Positions 1-10,548 of a DNA stretch of 64,000 nt are shown in pieces; the first letter of the stretch is position 1; the number at the start of each line of letters is the position of its first letter. Source of the DNA: Myxococcota bacterium (GTDB lineage Bacteria; Myxococcota_A; UBA796; GCA-2862545); contig JBCCQY010000006.1 of NCBI GenBank assembly GCA_039208735.1, forward strand, positions 32,001 to 96,000, written 5' to 3'. The position numbers were made by a program, and so were the translations under genes. The notes below the pieces were generated by a model. It saw nothing but the letters and a program-made list of their open reading frames with translations. It was not told the DNA's origin and ran no database searches.

Positions 1-11
1 CGTGCCTGCCC

Positions 12-473
12 GTGCGCTACACCAACGCAAACGGCGTGGACGTGTCGTTTCGTCAGACATCGCCGCTACCGCCGAACGATGAGGTGCAAACCCACGTGAC
101 TGCCGCGTGGCCCACCGGCCCATTGCGAACCCTTTCGGTGGCGCGCATTTCCCGCGCCGAGACCTTTGAGTCGTGGTCGTTCGACTGGGAGGGGAGGCAT
201 TCGCCGTTTGGTGTGGACCGGACGGTTGCGTACGAGGTCCTTGATGACGCATTCCGCTACCGGTCGGAAACGTGTCAGTGGTCGAAGGGTGATACCATTC
301 GGCCTGAACTTGGGGAAGTGGCATGGGTATGGGCGGGGGGCGACGACCAGCTCTTCGTGGATGCCGACGATGTTGGCTACCTTCGGGATCTTTCGCGCAC
401 CGAAGTGCCCCCGTGGTGCATTGGCCAGCTCGATCCGCAGACCTGGGAGATCATTGGCGACTGTCCAGAGTGA
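12..473 (+). CDS. Hypothetical protein, probably 5'-truncated by the window edge
   Basis: Frame is open back to base 3; protein-like composition; no recognisable motif. Confidence 0.6.
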   Translation: MRYTNANGVDVSFRQTSPLPPNDEVQTHVTAAWPTGPLRTLSVARISRAETFESWSFDWEGRHSPFGVDRTVAYEVLDDAFRYRSETCQWSKGDTIRPELGEVAWVWAGGDDQLFVDADDVGYLRDLSRTEVPPWCIGQLDPQTWEIIGDCPE

Positions 474-539
474 CCGACGTGCATTGGAACCCAGACATTT
501 GTGCGCGAGGGACGTATCCCTCTGAGTTGATTTAGAGCC

Positions 540-1475
540 ATGATGCTACTCGTCTTCATCTTCGCGGCCTTCGCGGGGCCTCCCCCTCACTGGCAGGTGG
601 CGTACTGTGGGGGCGATGGATCGTGTCACACCGAGCTGTGGGGCCGCGCTGCCCGGCGGGTGGCCCGGAAGCAGTCTGGTGATGCCGTCACTCGATGGAC
701 GCCCTTCGACCCCGCCCAAGGCATCGATCCGGCGGTTTCGGATGCCGCTCGATCGTTGGGGATCGATACGGATGTGCGGGTGTTCGTATTTGCAACGCCC
801 GAGCGCATCTCTCCGACCGAGACGACGCTCCCCGCGCCTACCCGATTGCAAAGCCGCAGGATGCACGTGGCTCGCATTGATCCAACCGTCGATGCTTTGG
901 GTCGTCTTGGCGTTCGCATCTTTTTGCTCGATGAAGACCGAGATGAGGACGTCTTGGGCTGGATTGTGGTGACCCAGCTTAGGGCCGAGGCGCCCCCCGT
1001 CCGCGGCATCCTCCATCACGGCGTGCGGGCGATGGTTCCGCGGTGCACCGACCTCGGCATGACACCCCTTCCCGTGGTCGGGCCCACGCTAAGCGACCAG
1101 GACCCGTTTTGTGTTCGACTCCCCCTGGGCGACGGCGTCGACCTCACCGGGACCGAGTGGTTGATGGTGGAGGACGGGTCTGCTGCGTACAGCTGTGCGG
1201 TGCATGCGGTGGGCGATGGGGTGGGGCCCCCGGTTTGCCGTCACGACCTGATCGGTACGCCGCATGATGCCGCGCATTATGTTCAGGGCGTTTTGAGCCT
1301 AGGAGCCGGCCCAAGCCTGGTCGAGGCTTGGTTTGAAGTCGAAGGCGATCGATTTGTGGTGTTGAACCAAAGTCGAGGGCCAGGGCACATCAAGTGCATC
1401 GGTGCTTTCCCGAAAGCGGGCCGAGCCCCCCAACCGCAGCGATGCGTGGGTGAGGGGCCCACTGGGAGCTATTAG
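540..1475 (+). CDS. Hypothetical secreted protein
   Basis: 311-aa ORF with N-terminal hydrophobic signal ending AFA-GPP. Confidence 0.65.
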   Translation: MMLLVFIFAAFAGPPPHWQVAYCGGDGSCHTELWGRAARRVARKQSGDAVTRWTPFDPAQGIDPAVSDAARSLGIDTDVRVFVFATPERISPTETTLPAPTRLQSRRMHVARIDPTVDALGRLGVRIFLLDEDRDEDVLGWIVVTQLRAEAPPVRGILHHGVRAMVPRCTDLGMTPLPVVGPTLSDQDPFCVRLPLGDGVDLTGTEWLMVEDGSAAYSCAVHAVGDGVGPPVCRHDLIGTPHDAAHYVQGVLSLGAGPSLVEAWFEVEGDRFVVLNQSRGPGHIKCIGAFPKAGRAPQPQRCVGEGPTGSY

Positions 1476-1566
1476 GCCCTTTCAAGGTGAATCAGGCTCT
1501 CGCCTTCAAAAAGTTGGCCGGTGCGCCAGGGCCCCGGCGTCTCAAAGGTGCATGAAGGGAGAACCG

Positions 1567-2442
1567 ATGAAGACGTTCGGAGTTTGGGGATGGGTCCTGG
1601 CAATGGCATGCAGCACCCAAGAGTCCTGGCTGACGATGGAGATCGATTCAGGGGTGCCCTACTCGGAGGTCGTGGTGGATGGCACCGAGTTGACGTGTCT
1701 GATCGACACAGGGCTCGCGGGTGAGGTCCTTGCCCGCTCGGACCTTGGAATCGACGGAGACGTCCGTGCGGAGTTTGGTTCACAACGCTTCGAGGTCCGC
1801 GTGGCCTCCGATCCCAGCTTCGATCCTGTCCTGGACAGCCTAAGCAATGACTCACGGACTGTGGATTGCCTGGTGGGATGGCATGCGCTTCGCAATCACG
1901 CCGTCACCTTCGACTATGCGGCGTCACGTTGGCGTGTGGCGCGCTCGCGCAAGGCGTCCTACGAGATCGCAGATGCGTCCTTGGCGTCACCCATCCATGT
2001 TCCGTTCGAGAGCACCAACCGGTGGGCCATGGTCCTGCTCGATGTAGAGGCGACGGTGATTCCCGCCGCAGTCGACACTGGGGCGTCGCTCGTATCGATT
2101 GAGCCCGAGATCTTTGCGCTGCTCGACCCGGAACCCCCGACGGTTCCTGCAGTGGTGAACACCGTCGACGGTCCCATCCTGTCGAGAGCAGGCCAGCTTG
2201 CGTTTGCCGGGGTGGGGGATGCCGAGCAATCCGATGTTTGGTTTTCGTCGGAACCGTCGAGTCAGCTCGAGTCCGCCCGCGAAGATGGTTTTGAGATCGA
2301 GGGAATCGTTGGGGCGAGCTTCCTCATGCACTATGCGGTCACGTTTGATCGGTCCCGTGAGGGTCTGACGCTCCAGGCGTACGACGACGACGTCGCGGCC
2401 ATCCTGCTCGATCAACTGATCCAGGACACATCGGTTCCGTAG
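1567..2442 (+). CDS. Two-domain retropepsin-like aspartyl protease, lipoprotein
   Basis: LIDTG and AVDTGAS catalytic motifs with downstream LVGW and GIVGASFL motifs; lipobox-like LAMAC; start moved to ATG 1567. Confidence 0.85.
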   Translation: MKTFGVWGWVLAMACSTQESWLTMEIDSGVPYSEVVVDGTELTCLIDTGLAGEVLARSDLGIDGDVRAEFGSQRFEVRVASDPSFDPVLDSLSNDSRTVDCLVGWHALRNHAVTFDYAASRWRVARSRKASYEIADASLASPIHVPFESTNRWAMVLLDVEATVIPAAVDTGASLVSIEPEIFALLDPEPPTVPAVVNTVDGPILSRAGQLAFAGVGDAEQSDVWFSSEPSSQLESAREDGFEIEGIVGASFLMHYAVTFDRSREGLTLQAYDDDVAAILLDQLIQDTSVP

Positions 2443-2468
2443 GCGAACCTACGGACGGAATGCCCACG

Positions 2469-4937
2469 TCAGGGATGTTGGAATCGCAGCACCCGATCGG
2501 CAGAAAGCCCATTCGTTTCGCAGTTCGCTTCGAGTCCAACCCGAGCGTTGCCGACCAGGCCCGCCGTCGCGCTCTCACCGTCGTCGAGACCGGGTCCCGC
2601 CGTCGTATCGACGTAGCAGAGCGCGATGTCGTTGGTACCCTCCTGGAGGACGGCGCGGACGTCGATGAGGTCGCCATTTGCGTGAGGCACCCGCCACTGC
2701 ACGTGGAACGAGCGTTCCGGCGCCGATCCAGCCGTCTCCGTCCACACTTGTCCCAAGCCCGAGTCGAGGTCGTCCCACCACACCAGAACGCTACGCCCCA
2801 AGGTGTTGGAGGCCTGGCAGACGTCGTTGGACGGCGAAGTCGGATTGTCGAAGGTCAACGTTCCGTTTGCTCCCACGTAGACTTCATTGTGGATGGTTCC
2901 GTACACGTCGAAGGCAAATCCGAGCGGCACGGTCACGACACCATCGTTGCCCAGGGGCTGGAGGTCTCCCGTAGCCGAGAGGTCAGGGCAAACGATGGCG
3001 GCACCGCTCTCTTCGCACATCTGGTACCCAAATGCGTCGTCGCCGAGCCAGGTGCAAGCCTCGTAGCGGTCGGCCGACGAGCGGCATTCGGGATCCGCTG
3101 GGTAGTCGGACAGGCCGTCAACGTCGTTATCGACGCCATCGAAGCAGGTAGGAAGAACGATGGGGTCGGTTTCATCCGTATCGAATGGGGTTGTGCAGCC
3201 GGGCTCGTCCGGGTAGTCAAGGAGCCCATCAAGGTCGTTATCCACGCCATCCTGACAGGCTCCGGGCGATTGCTGACAGTCGATATCGTACGTGATGTCG
3301 ATCGAATCGCCAAGGCTTGGCGCGGTGATGCGGTCAAATTGCACCGCGTTGCGAAGCCGATCGTGGATCCATCCGTTGTCAGCCATGCCCGCGGAGGACA
3401 CCTCGAGCGTATCGAGATCGGGGAATTCATCCAGCGGATAGCTGAGCTGACGCAGTGCAGGGTTGGTACCGAGGCTCGTCAGGGCGGTGGTCCACTCGAC
3501 GGTCGAAAGGTCGAACTGGGATCCGTTGGCCAAGCTGATCAAGTCATCGTAGCCGCCACTGGCCTGGGCCGAGAGAACACCTGATGCCCAAAGCCGGTTG
3601 GGGTCTCCCGTGGCCATGACCAATTGGTCATAGAGGTCCTTTCCGCCTAGAGTGGTGCTCTGGTCCGACGTATCGGTGACGATGAAGAGCGCGAAGATGC
3701 TGTCGCCGCGGAGGAACGCACCACCCGGGGCCGCATCCCCACCGGGTTGGATGGCCAGCCCGATCTGATCGAGTCCCTGGCTTAGCCCCATGCCAACCCC
3801 CACATTGACCTGCGTATTGAATTCGGTGATGGCATCGGGCCCAGCCACAATGATGGGGCCGCGAAAGCTGGATTCCGAGGTCGTGATAATTCCGATTTGC
3901 CAGTCGACGCCTTGAGTGTCGAATTGCGCGACCAGAGCGGGAAACGCCTGGGCCAACGACGCTTGGAGCGTTGGCCCCCCCTGGGCATCGTCGATCACGA
4001 ACAGCGCATCGATTCGGTCGCTTAGGGCGGCGGGGAAGGACTGCGATCGAGGTCCTCCCAGGCAGGAATCGCAGGCATCCGGAATGCCATCGAGATCGAC
4101 GTCTTCCTCGTCATCGCCCAGCGGACACTGATCGCAGCCATCCGGCGTGGTGTCTTTGTCGGAATCGATACGGTCATCGAATCCAGGGCATTGGTCGCAC
4201 TCGTCGGGAGCACCGTCGCCATCTGCGTCGATCGAGTCGTCGAATCCGGGGCACCGATCACAGCCATTGGGCACGAGATCGAGGTCGTCGTCGAGGGTGT
4301 CATCAAAGCCCGGGCAGGCGTCGCAGGCGTCGGGATTGGCATCGCCGTCGGTATCCAGCGCATCGTCTCCCAGTGCGCACCGGTCGCAACCATCGGGCAC
4401 CCCATCGCCATCGTCATCGAGGCGGTCATCAGGCCCGGGGCAACGGTCGCAGCCGTCGGCGACTCCATCTTCGTCCTCATCAAGGGCATCGTCGAACCCC
4501 GGGCAGGCATCGCAGCCATCGGGGATGGTATCGGCATCTTCATCCACCCCATCATCGGCGTCTGGGCAGATATCACAGCCGTTGGGCACCGTGTCCTGGT
4601 CGTTGTCTGAGGCGTCATCGAAGCCGGGACAGACGTCACAGCCGTCGGGAACCTCATCGCCGTCTGCGTCGAGCGTGTCGTCGAGGTCGGGGCACCGATC
4701 ACAGCCGTCCGGCACCGTGTCGTCGTCCGAATCGACGGCGTCATCGAACCCCGGACAGCGGTCGCAGCCATCCGCCACGCCATCCGCATCGGTGTCACGG
4801 CTGTCGTCGAACCCTGGGCATTGGTCTTCACTATCCGGAACGCTGTCCCCGTCGGCGTCTGCGACGGGTGGGGGAGCCGGCGGAGGCTCCGAGGGGCAAC
4901 CGATCAAGAACGCGCAGACCCATACACGGATGAGCAT
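2469..4937 (-). CDS. Surface lipoprotein: TSP3-like Ca-binding repeats + vWA-like domain + DGxDNDxDG repeats + C-terminal nidogen-like beta domain
   Basis: Lipobox FLIGC; about 13 DxDxDGxPDxCDxC repeats; IDALFVIDD...WQIGIITT...IVTD vWA-type segments; VPLGFAFDVYG...VYVGANGTLTF motif. Confidence 0.8.
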   Translation of the reverse strand: MLIRVWVCAFLIGCPSEPPPAPPPVADADGDSVPDSEDQCPGFDDSRDTDADGVADGCDRCPGFDDAVDSDDDTVPDGCDRCPDLDDTLDADGDEVPDGCDVCPGFDDASDNDQDTVPNGCDICPDADDGVDEDADTIPDGCDACPGFDDALDEDEDGVADGCDRCPGPDDRLDDDGDGVPDGCDRCALGDDALDTDGDANPDACDACPGFDDTLDDDLDLVPNGCDRCPGFDDSIDADGDGAPDECDQCPGFDDRIDSDKDTTPDGCDQCPLGDDEEDVDLDGIPDACDSCLGGPRSQSFPAALSDRIDALFVIDDAQGGPTLQASLAQAFPALVAQFDTQGVDWQIGIITTSESSFRGPIIVAGPDAITEFNTQVNVGVGMGLSQGLDQIGLAIQPGGDAAPGGAFLRGDSIFALFIVTDTSDQSTTLGGKDLYDQLVMATGDPNRLWASGVLSAQASGGYDDLISLANGSQFDLSTVEWTTALTSLGTNPALRQLSYPLDEFPDLDTLEVSSAGMADNGWIHDRLRNAVQFDRITAPSLGDSIDITYDIDCQQSPGACQDGVDNDLDGLLDYPDEPGCTTPFDTDETDPIVLPTCFDGVDNDVDGLSDYPADPECRSSADRYEACTWLGDDAFGYQMCEESGAAIVCPDLSATGDLQPLGNDGVVTVPLGFAFDVYGTIHNEVYVGANGTLTFDNPTSPSNDVCQASNTLGRSVLVWWDDLDSGLGQVWTETAGSAPERSFHVQWRVPHANGDLIDVRAVLQEGTNDIALCYVDTTAGPGLDDGESATAGLVGNARVGLEANCETNGLSADRVLRFQHP
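4062..4859 (-). repeat. About 13 tandem coding repeats of 63 bp (21 aa), thrombospondin type 3-like
   Basis: Recurring DxDxDxVPDGCDxCPGFDD in the translation. Confidence 0.85.
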
Positions 4938-5036
4938 CGAGGCTCCCAGCTCAGATTGTCAGGTTCGCAAGTCTAGCCGAACCCTGGAGAACCTGCTGGG
5001 CCCTTTCGTCGTGCGGAGCTTCTAACCGCACCCCAG

Positions 5037-6539
5037 TCAGAGCCCTTGGTCGAGCGTCACCGGTCCCTGAAACGAATCTTCGTTGTCGCCGCGAATGTTG
5101 AGGGTAGGGTTCGGAAGCTGGACGACCCATTCGGACGTGATGGCGTAGTCGAGCAACTGCCAACCCTCCGGCAGCGTCGGCGCATCGCTCAACCGCCCCG
5201 CGTCCCGGGACACCCGAACGTACGCCTCCTGCTCGGGAGACACCAAGACCTTGAGGGTCCGGCCGGCCGCGAACCGGATTTCGTGGAACTTTTCAATGCG
5301 GTTGAGTCGCAGCAGCCCATCGTCGTCAAGGGGGATGTTGGACTCGATGATCGTTGCGTTGTGCCGCCAGCGGTGACCGAAGTGTTCGCCTTCGATGAGG
5401 GGGCCGTCCTCGGTCGCGCCCGGTGAACGGGCGAACGAGCCGCCATCGGCCTCGCCCTCGCGAGGTTGGTTCTTGAACCAACCGCCGGGAAGTTCAATCG
5501 CATCGAACTCGGCGAGGCTGATGTCGGAGCTGAACCAGACCCGGATTTCGTCCTGACCTAGGACCTCGAGGATTTCGAACGCAACGTCACGTCCAACCAT
5601 CGGGAAGTTATCGATGAGGGGGGCCACGTTGAGGCTGTAGGCGCCGTCAACCGCCGCATCTCGAGTTGCCGTCAGGTTCTCGAGTTCAATGGCCAATGCA
5701 TCGAGCGCCTCTGCGTTGGGGACCCGGTCGATCCACACTTCATCCCACGTCTGGCCATCGGAGATGTAGGCGCCCTGCACGTCGAGTCGAGCGATGGGTT
5801 CAATGCCAACCTGAGCTTGGAGCCCGGCGAGTTCGCTCTCATGGGCCTCGAGGGCGTCCGTGTCCGCCCGTCGAATCACCTGCATCCGGTCGAAGGAGGA
5901 CATGGAGGGTTCGACCTCCCCTGTGAAGCGGAGGTCCGCCACAAGGATGGTGCTTTTCTCGAGCCCCGCATCTTTGTGGATGGACGTTTCCTGAAAGTCG
6001 GGGTGGAGGCTCATGGCGAAGTTGGCCAGCGGACAAGGGTATTCGACAATACCGATTTCCTCCCAAGCATCGTCGCCTTCGACCACATCGCTGACCGAAC
6101 CCGAGTACACCACCCGTCCGCCAATCGCAGTGATGAACGGAATGGGGCTGTAGAGGTCATTGGCCTGTCGGCCGGTCAAGTCGGTCTCGCGACCGTCGGC
6201 GTAGACCGCTCGGTCACGGAACTTGATCAGATTGACGAAGTAGATGGGCCCTTCGGTTGGATTCTGCAGCATCCGCTGCACCTGTTCCAGGTTCACATCC
6301 CCGTAGCTTGGACCCTCAGCGTCGCCAGAGGCGGAGTTCAGAGCCTCGAGGATGGGCTGGATGTTGCTGGGGTCATCGCATAGGTCGTCCGTCAACTCGA
6401 CAGGTGGACCCACCGGTTTCGGCTCTTCGATGACCGCAGTGTCGACGGCCCGTCCGGTCTCAACCGGTTCAGCATCGGGTTCCCCGCAAGCGACCAGCAT
6501 CGCGAGGGCCGTCCAGCACGTGAATTGAGAGGCATGCAT
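5037..6539 (-). CDS. Lipoprotein with a DUF1330-like domain, a degenerate second copy and an unknown C-terminal domain
   Basis: AAGGAGG RBS before ATG 6539; lipobox LVAC; PIYFVNLIKFRDRAVYADG...WEEIGIVEYP...AGLE resembles DUF1330. Confidence 0.7.
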   Translation of the reverse strand: MHASQFTCWTALAMLVACGEPDAEPVETGRAVDTAVIEEPKPVGPPVELTDDLCDDPSNIQPILEALNSASGDAEGPSYGDVNLEQVQRMLQNPTEGPIYFVNLIKFRDRAVYADGRETDLTGRQANDLYSPIPFITAIGGRVVYSGSVSDVVEGDDAWEEIGIVEYPCPLANFAMSLHPDFQETSIHKDAGLEKSTILVADLRFTGEVEPSMSSFDRMQVIRRADTDALEAHESELAGLQAQVGIEPIARLDVQGAYISDGQTWDEVWIDRVPNAEALDALAIELENLTATRDAAVDGAYSLNVAPLIDNFPMVGRDVAFEILEVLGQDEIRVWFSSDISLAEFDAIELPGGWFKNQPREGEADGGSFARSPGATEDGPLIEGEHFGHRWRHNATIIESNIPLDDDGLLRLNRIEKFHEIRFAAGRTLKVLVSPEQEAYVRVSRDAGRLSDAPTLPEGWQLLDYAITSEWVVQLPNPTLNIRGDNEDSFQGPVTLDQGL

Positions 6540-6642
6540 CGCCGTTTCCTCCTTAAGCGTGGCGGTTCTTCGACCGACCCGCCTCTGGCTTATGGGTGCC
6601 ATGTTGAGGGAGCGTGCAGACTGTCGTTCGACCCAACGATTC

Positions 6643-7839
6643 TTACTTGAGGTTGTCGAGCCACGGGAAGGGATGGGTGAGCTGCGCCCAGCTTTCGGGG
6701 TCTTCGAGTTCGTCGTCGTTGAGCAGGCATGCGTCAAAGGCGCTCGTGAGCGCGGCTTCGTCCATATCGATGCCAATGATGACGATCTCCTGCCTACGGT
6801 CTCCGTAGGTGGGGTGCCAAACGGACTCCAGATGCTCCCGGAAAGACGGGGTGTCGGGGTGCCGCTCCGGAGGCACGGCGGCCCACCAGGTGCCGGCCAC
6901 ACCAGTCTCGCGCGTGCCTCCCGCGAGCTGGAAGGTCGCGGTGTGGTTCGGTCTGGAGGCCACCCAGAACCAACCTTTGGCGCGAACCACGCCCGCCCAA
7001 GGACTCCTTAGCCAGGCTGCGAATCGCTCGGGATGGAACGGGTGCCGGGCGCGGTACACGAAGCTTGAGATTCCGTAGGCCTCGGTTTCCGGAGTGTGGG
7101 TGCCCATGAGTTCTTGAATCCAAGCCGGCCGTTGCTGGGCTTCCTCCATGTTGAACAAGCCGGTCCCGAGCACGGCCGATGGCGAGATCTTGCCCCGCTC
7201 GCTGCGCACCAAGACCGCGTCGGGGTTGATTGCGCGAATCGTCGCTTCGACGTGTGCGAGTTGAGCCTCGTCCACGAGGTCGGTCTTGTTGATCACGACG
7301 ACATCCGCAAACTCGACCTGCTCGGTGTGCAAGGTGGCCAACGTGCGGTCGTCTTCCTCAGACACCGCAAGGCCCTCGGACTCGAGGGAGATGCCCTGTG
7401 CCAGCTCGGACGGGAAGGCTTGGGCATCCACGACGGTGACCATGGTGTCGAGGCGGGCCACCGAGGACAGTGACGTGCCGTCTTCCGCCTCGAAGGTGAA
7501 GGTCTGGGCAACGGGGAGTGGCTCGCTGACTCCGGTGGATTCGATCAGAAGGTAGTCAAACCGCCCTTCACGAGCGAGTTGTGCCACCTCAGCGAGCAGA
7601 TCTTCGCGCAACGTGCAGCAGATGCAGCCATTGCTCATCTCGACGAGCCGTTCATCGGTACGAGACAGTGACGCATCACCGTCTCGCACCAGAGCCGCGT
7701 CGATGTTGACCTCACTCATGTCGTTCACGATGACCGCGACCCGAAGGCCTTCGCGATTGGCGAGAACATGGTTGAGGAGCGTCGTCTTGCCAGCACCGAG
7801 AAAGCCTGACAACACAGTCACAGGAAGGGTCGAGGTCAT
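6643..7839 (-). CDS. COG0523 (G3E) metallochaperone GTPase, ZigA/YciC-like
   Basis: [11 protein letters not shown]alker [34 protein letters not shown] and a CobW C-terminal domain (YGDRRQEIV). Confidence 0.93.
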   Translation of the reverse strand: MTSTLPVTVLSGFLGAGKTTLLNHVLANREGLRVAVIVNDMSEVNIDAALVRDGDASLSRTDERLVEMSNGCICCTLREDLLAEVAQLAREGRFDYLLIESTGVSEPLPVAQTFTFEAEDGTSLSSVARLDTMVTVVDAQAFPSELAQGISLESEGLAVSEEDDRTLATLHTEQVEFADVVVINKTDLVDEAQLAHVEATIRAINPDAVLVRSERGKISPSAVLGTGLFNMEEAQQRPAWIQELMGTHTPETEAYGISSFVYRARHPFHPERFAAWLRSPWAGVVRAKGWFWVASRPNHTATFQLAGGTRETGVAGTWWAAVPPERHPDTPSFREHLESVWHPTYGDRRQEIVIIGIDMDEAALTSAFDACLLNDDELEDPESWAQLTHPFPWLDNLK

Positions 7840-7893
7840 AGGGTCGCAACACCACGCTTGGAGTAGAACTTAGCCATACAGTGGTCCTGGCTC

Positions 7894-7914
7894 TATTGCA
7901 ACTGAGTTGCAATA
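7894..7914. promoter_or_regulatory. Perfect 10-1-10 palindrome, putative Zur-type operator
   Basis: TATTGCAACT-G-AGTTGCAATA, 55 bp upstream of the COG0523 start; near-identical copy at 30335. Confidence 0.8.
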
Positions 7915-7932
7915 AGGTGATTTGCCGAGAAG

Positions 7933-8856
7933 TTAGCCCAGGCGCTTCCGAACTGGTCCCGGGAAGAACCGGTTGGTCTGCTCCTGGTATTCGGCATATC
8001 CAGGCCGTTTCTGGGATGAGTAGAACTCTGAAGGCACGGCGCCCGAGTAGTACACCAACGTGGTGTGCATGATGCGGGAGATGAAGAGCAGTCCGAGTCC
8101 GACCAGTGCCCAAGCCCATGCTGGCTCGACGGCCCGGAGCACCCACCATGAGGGAATAGAGGCGATGATAAGTCCGTTCCAGACCATCCATTCAGCGAAG
8201 TAGTTGGGGTGGCGGCTGTAGCGCCACAGGCCCACGTTGCAAACCGCGTCGCGGCGTCCTTCTTGCTTGGCTTGGCGAATGAACGCGGCCTTTTGCGCGT
8301 CGGCAAGTGACTCCATCGCGAAGGCCGCCGCCCAGAGGACGAGCCCCACGACTTCCAACGCCGAGACGATTGGGGTCGGGTTGACCGCGATAACGAACGC
8401 AGGCAACGCCAAGAACGAAGCGTTGGCGAGGCCTTGGGTGCTCGCTTCGATCTGCATGGCGAGGGAGACGTTCGACTTTCCGTCGCGTTCCCATCGGCGC
8501 TTCTGATATTGGTACCTTGGAAATTCTACGGCAAGCTTTCCACGTCGCCACAGGTTTATCGCCCCAATACCCATTCGAAGCCCAATGAAGAGGTAGACCG
8601 CACCAATTCCCCAGACCCGCGGCGCGTACCCCTCCCCCATCAGCAGGGCGACGAGCCCGATGATCGCGACGCCAAGCGGCCATCCGACGTCGACGTACGA
8701 TATGCGACCGGTCCGCCAAATCGGGATGTTGACGACGGCCACGAAGAGCAGCAGCTGCGCGAGACCGTTGACGAGGCCCATGGTGGACAACGTTTGGGTC
8801 GAAAGGAGGAGCAGCCAGCCTGCGGCGAAAGGAAGGAGGGGGGCCAGGTACGTCAT
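7933..8856 (-). CDS. DUF1295 / steroid 5-alpha-reductase-like membrane protein
   Basis: Multiple TM segments; ESLADAQK and GLWRYSRHPNYFAE motifs; C-terminal YQxxTNRFFP. Confidence 0.9.
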   Translation of the reverse strand: MTYLAPLLPFAAGWLLLLSTQTLSTMGLVNGLAQLLLFVAVVNIPIWRTGRISYVDVGWPLGVAIIGLVALLMGEGYAPRVWGIGAVYLFIGLRMGIGAINLWRRGKLAVEFPRYQYQKRRWERDGKSNVSLAMQIEASTQGLANASFLALPAFVIAVNPTPIVSALEVVGLVLWAAAFAMESLADAQKAAFIRQAKQEGRRDAVCNVGLWRYSRHPNYFAEWMVWNGLIIASIPSWWVLRAVEPAWAWALVGLGLLFISRIMHTTLVYYSGAVPSEFYSSQKRPGYAEYQEQTNRFFPGPVRKRLG

Positions 8857-8936
8857 GGGCCGGAGCTTACCGCGAGGGATGTCGGGTGAGCGGGTCGGAT
8901 TGCGTAGTCGTCGGTGAACCTCCCTGGAGTTTTGCC

Positions 8937-10346
8937 ATGCGCCTGCCCGCGTTCACGTTTGCCCTCGCAATGTTCGGCTGTGCGGGGAATTCTTCCAACA
9001 GCGCTTCGTCGGGCGATACCGATTCACCGGATCTCGTGCCTCCGATGCCCCCTACCGGTGAGACAGGGACGCCGGCAAAGCCAGCCCTCCCTTCGGCAAC
9101 GGTTCATGTAATGCCTGCGATCGATGGCTCCTTCATCACGGATAGCGTGATCGTCCTTTCGAACGCGGACGGGACGTATCTGCGCACGGTTGAACTTTCC
9201 GAGGCCACGTCCGTCGTGATCGAAGATGTTCCGGTTGGGGGGTCGGTGACGTGGGCGTACTTCGGGCCCACCGCGCTCTACTTCGAAACGATGGCGGAGG
9301 TGCAGGCGAACGACGAACTCTGGTTCCGCGGGCCGGTGGGGTTTCCGCCATCGGAGGTTCTTGGGTCTTTGCGGATTCAGATGCCGGTGGGCCCAGGCGT
9401 CGCCTATGACCGAATCGGACTGGTCGCACCCTGCTCTTTTCAAAACAACCCGACCCTGCCCCTCGACCAGACCCTCGAAGTGGAGGACCGGTGTGCTTCG
9501 AGCGACCTCACGCAACCTCTCGACACCGTCGCGTATGCGACGCAGTCGGACGTCACGGTCGCGATTGCGTACGCAACGGATCTCCAGTGGGCGGGCACGG
9601 CACCAACGGCCACCCTCGAAACCGCCATGATCGACAACTGGCGGACCGACTTTGGGCAGGTACGGATGCGGTACGCCCATTCAGGCGATGATTTAGCCGT
9701 TGTTCTTCGCGCTAGCGCCTTTCGACGGGGGCGGGTCACGACGCCAGGCGAGTTGGGTGCATTCGTCCCGAGTGACGGTGCCGTCCTCGAACTCGAGCCG
9801 GTGGTGTCGGACGACGATTACCATCGATACCAGATCTTTGAACTTGGTGGATTCGAATTGGACGAAGGCGAACAGGGGACCAGAGTCTGGATCTACTCCG
9901 ACGACATTCCAGGGCAAGGAGAGTTCCGAAATGCGGACTTTGACGTAAACGATCTTCCAATGCGTGGAGCGACGTTTGCCGCAGACTTCCCTTCGCGCAC
10001 GGCCACCGTGACGCTACCGAACGGCTGGTCGTGTGGTGGTCGGCCTGCCAATTTCCTTTCGAGTCGTTTCGCGGGATCGAAAGGGAAGCAGTTTTACAGC
10101 TGGGAATGGAAGGGGCCCTTTGCCGCCACCCATGGTCGACCCACGCTCTCCCCTGAACTCGAACAACGCCTGTCGGCCATTCCGCAGGACACGGCTACGG
10201 TGTTTGTCCATTCCCTCGAGGGTGGGTACGGGCGCCTTCACACCTCTCCCATGATCTGGGAATTGCCCGAGGCGTGGCTCGTCGACAACCCTTCGGGAAG
10301 CCGCGTGTGCCAGCTTGACCGAAGCACGGCGCGCGTTTCCCTCTAA
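8937..10346 (+). CDS. Hypothetical lipoprotein
   Basis: GGAG RBS, lipobox-like MFGC, Ser/Pro-rich linker, then a beta-rich body. Confidence 0.75.
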   Translation: MRLPAFTFALAMFGCAGNSSNSASSGDTDSPDLVPPMPPTGETGTPAKPALPSATVHVMPAIDGSFITDSVIVLSNADGTYLRTVELSEATSVVIEDVPVGGSVTWAYFGPTALYFETMAEVQANDELWFRGPVGFPPSEVLGSLRIQMPVGPGVAYDRIGLVAPCSFQNNPTLPLDQTLEVEDRCASSDLTQPLDTVAYATQSDVTVAIAYATDLQWAGTAPTATLETAMIDNWRTDFGQVRMRYAHSGDDLAVVLRASAFRRGRVTTPGELGAFVPSDGAVLELEPVVSDDDYHRYQIFELGGFELDEGEQGTRVWIYSDDIPGQGEFRNADFDVNDLPMRGATFAADFPSRTATVTLPNGWSCGGRPANFLSSRFAGSKGKQFYSWEWKGPFAATHGRPTLSPELEQRLSAIPQDTATVFVHSLEGGYGRLHTSPMIWELPEAWLVDNPSGSRVCQLDRSTARVSL

Positions 10347-10548
10347 CCGTCTGTCGATGGTTGACAAGGCCTTGCGGGATTCGCCGTAAGTCGCCGTGAG
10401 GGAACCGCGGTGGCCGCCGGACTGCGGCAGCGTGTCCCTCGCGGTGGCTTCCAACGCGAACGTGTGCGAACCTAGGCCCCATTGGGGGGCGGGGATGGCC
10501 AGTGGATTGTCGGGGGACACGGACCCTGTTCATCAGGCACGAGGTCGC

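Noticed and set aside
4062..4859. 63-bp periodic repeats as a possible CRISPR array
   Set aside because: The repeats are degenerate at third codon positions, in frame and coding; there are no unique spacers and no cas genes.
6540..6902. N-terminal 121 aa of the 621-aa ORF in the track
   Set aside because: It overlaps the COG0523 gene in another frame; the strong RBS and lipobox support ATG 6539.
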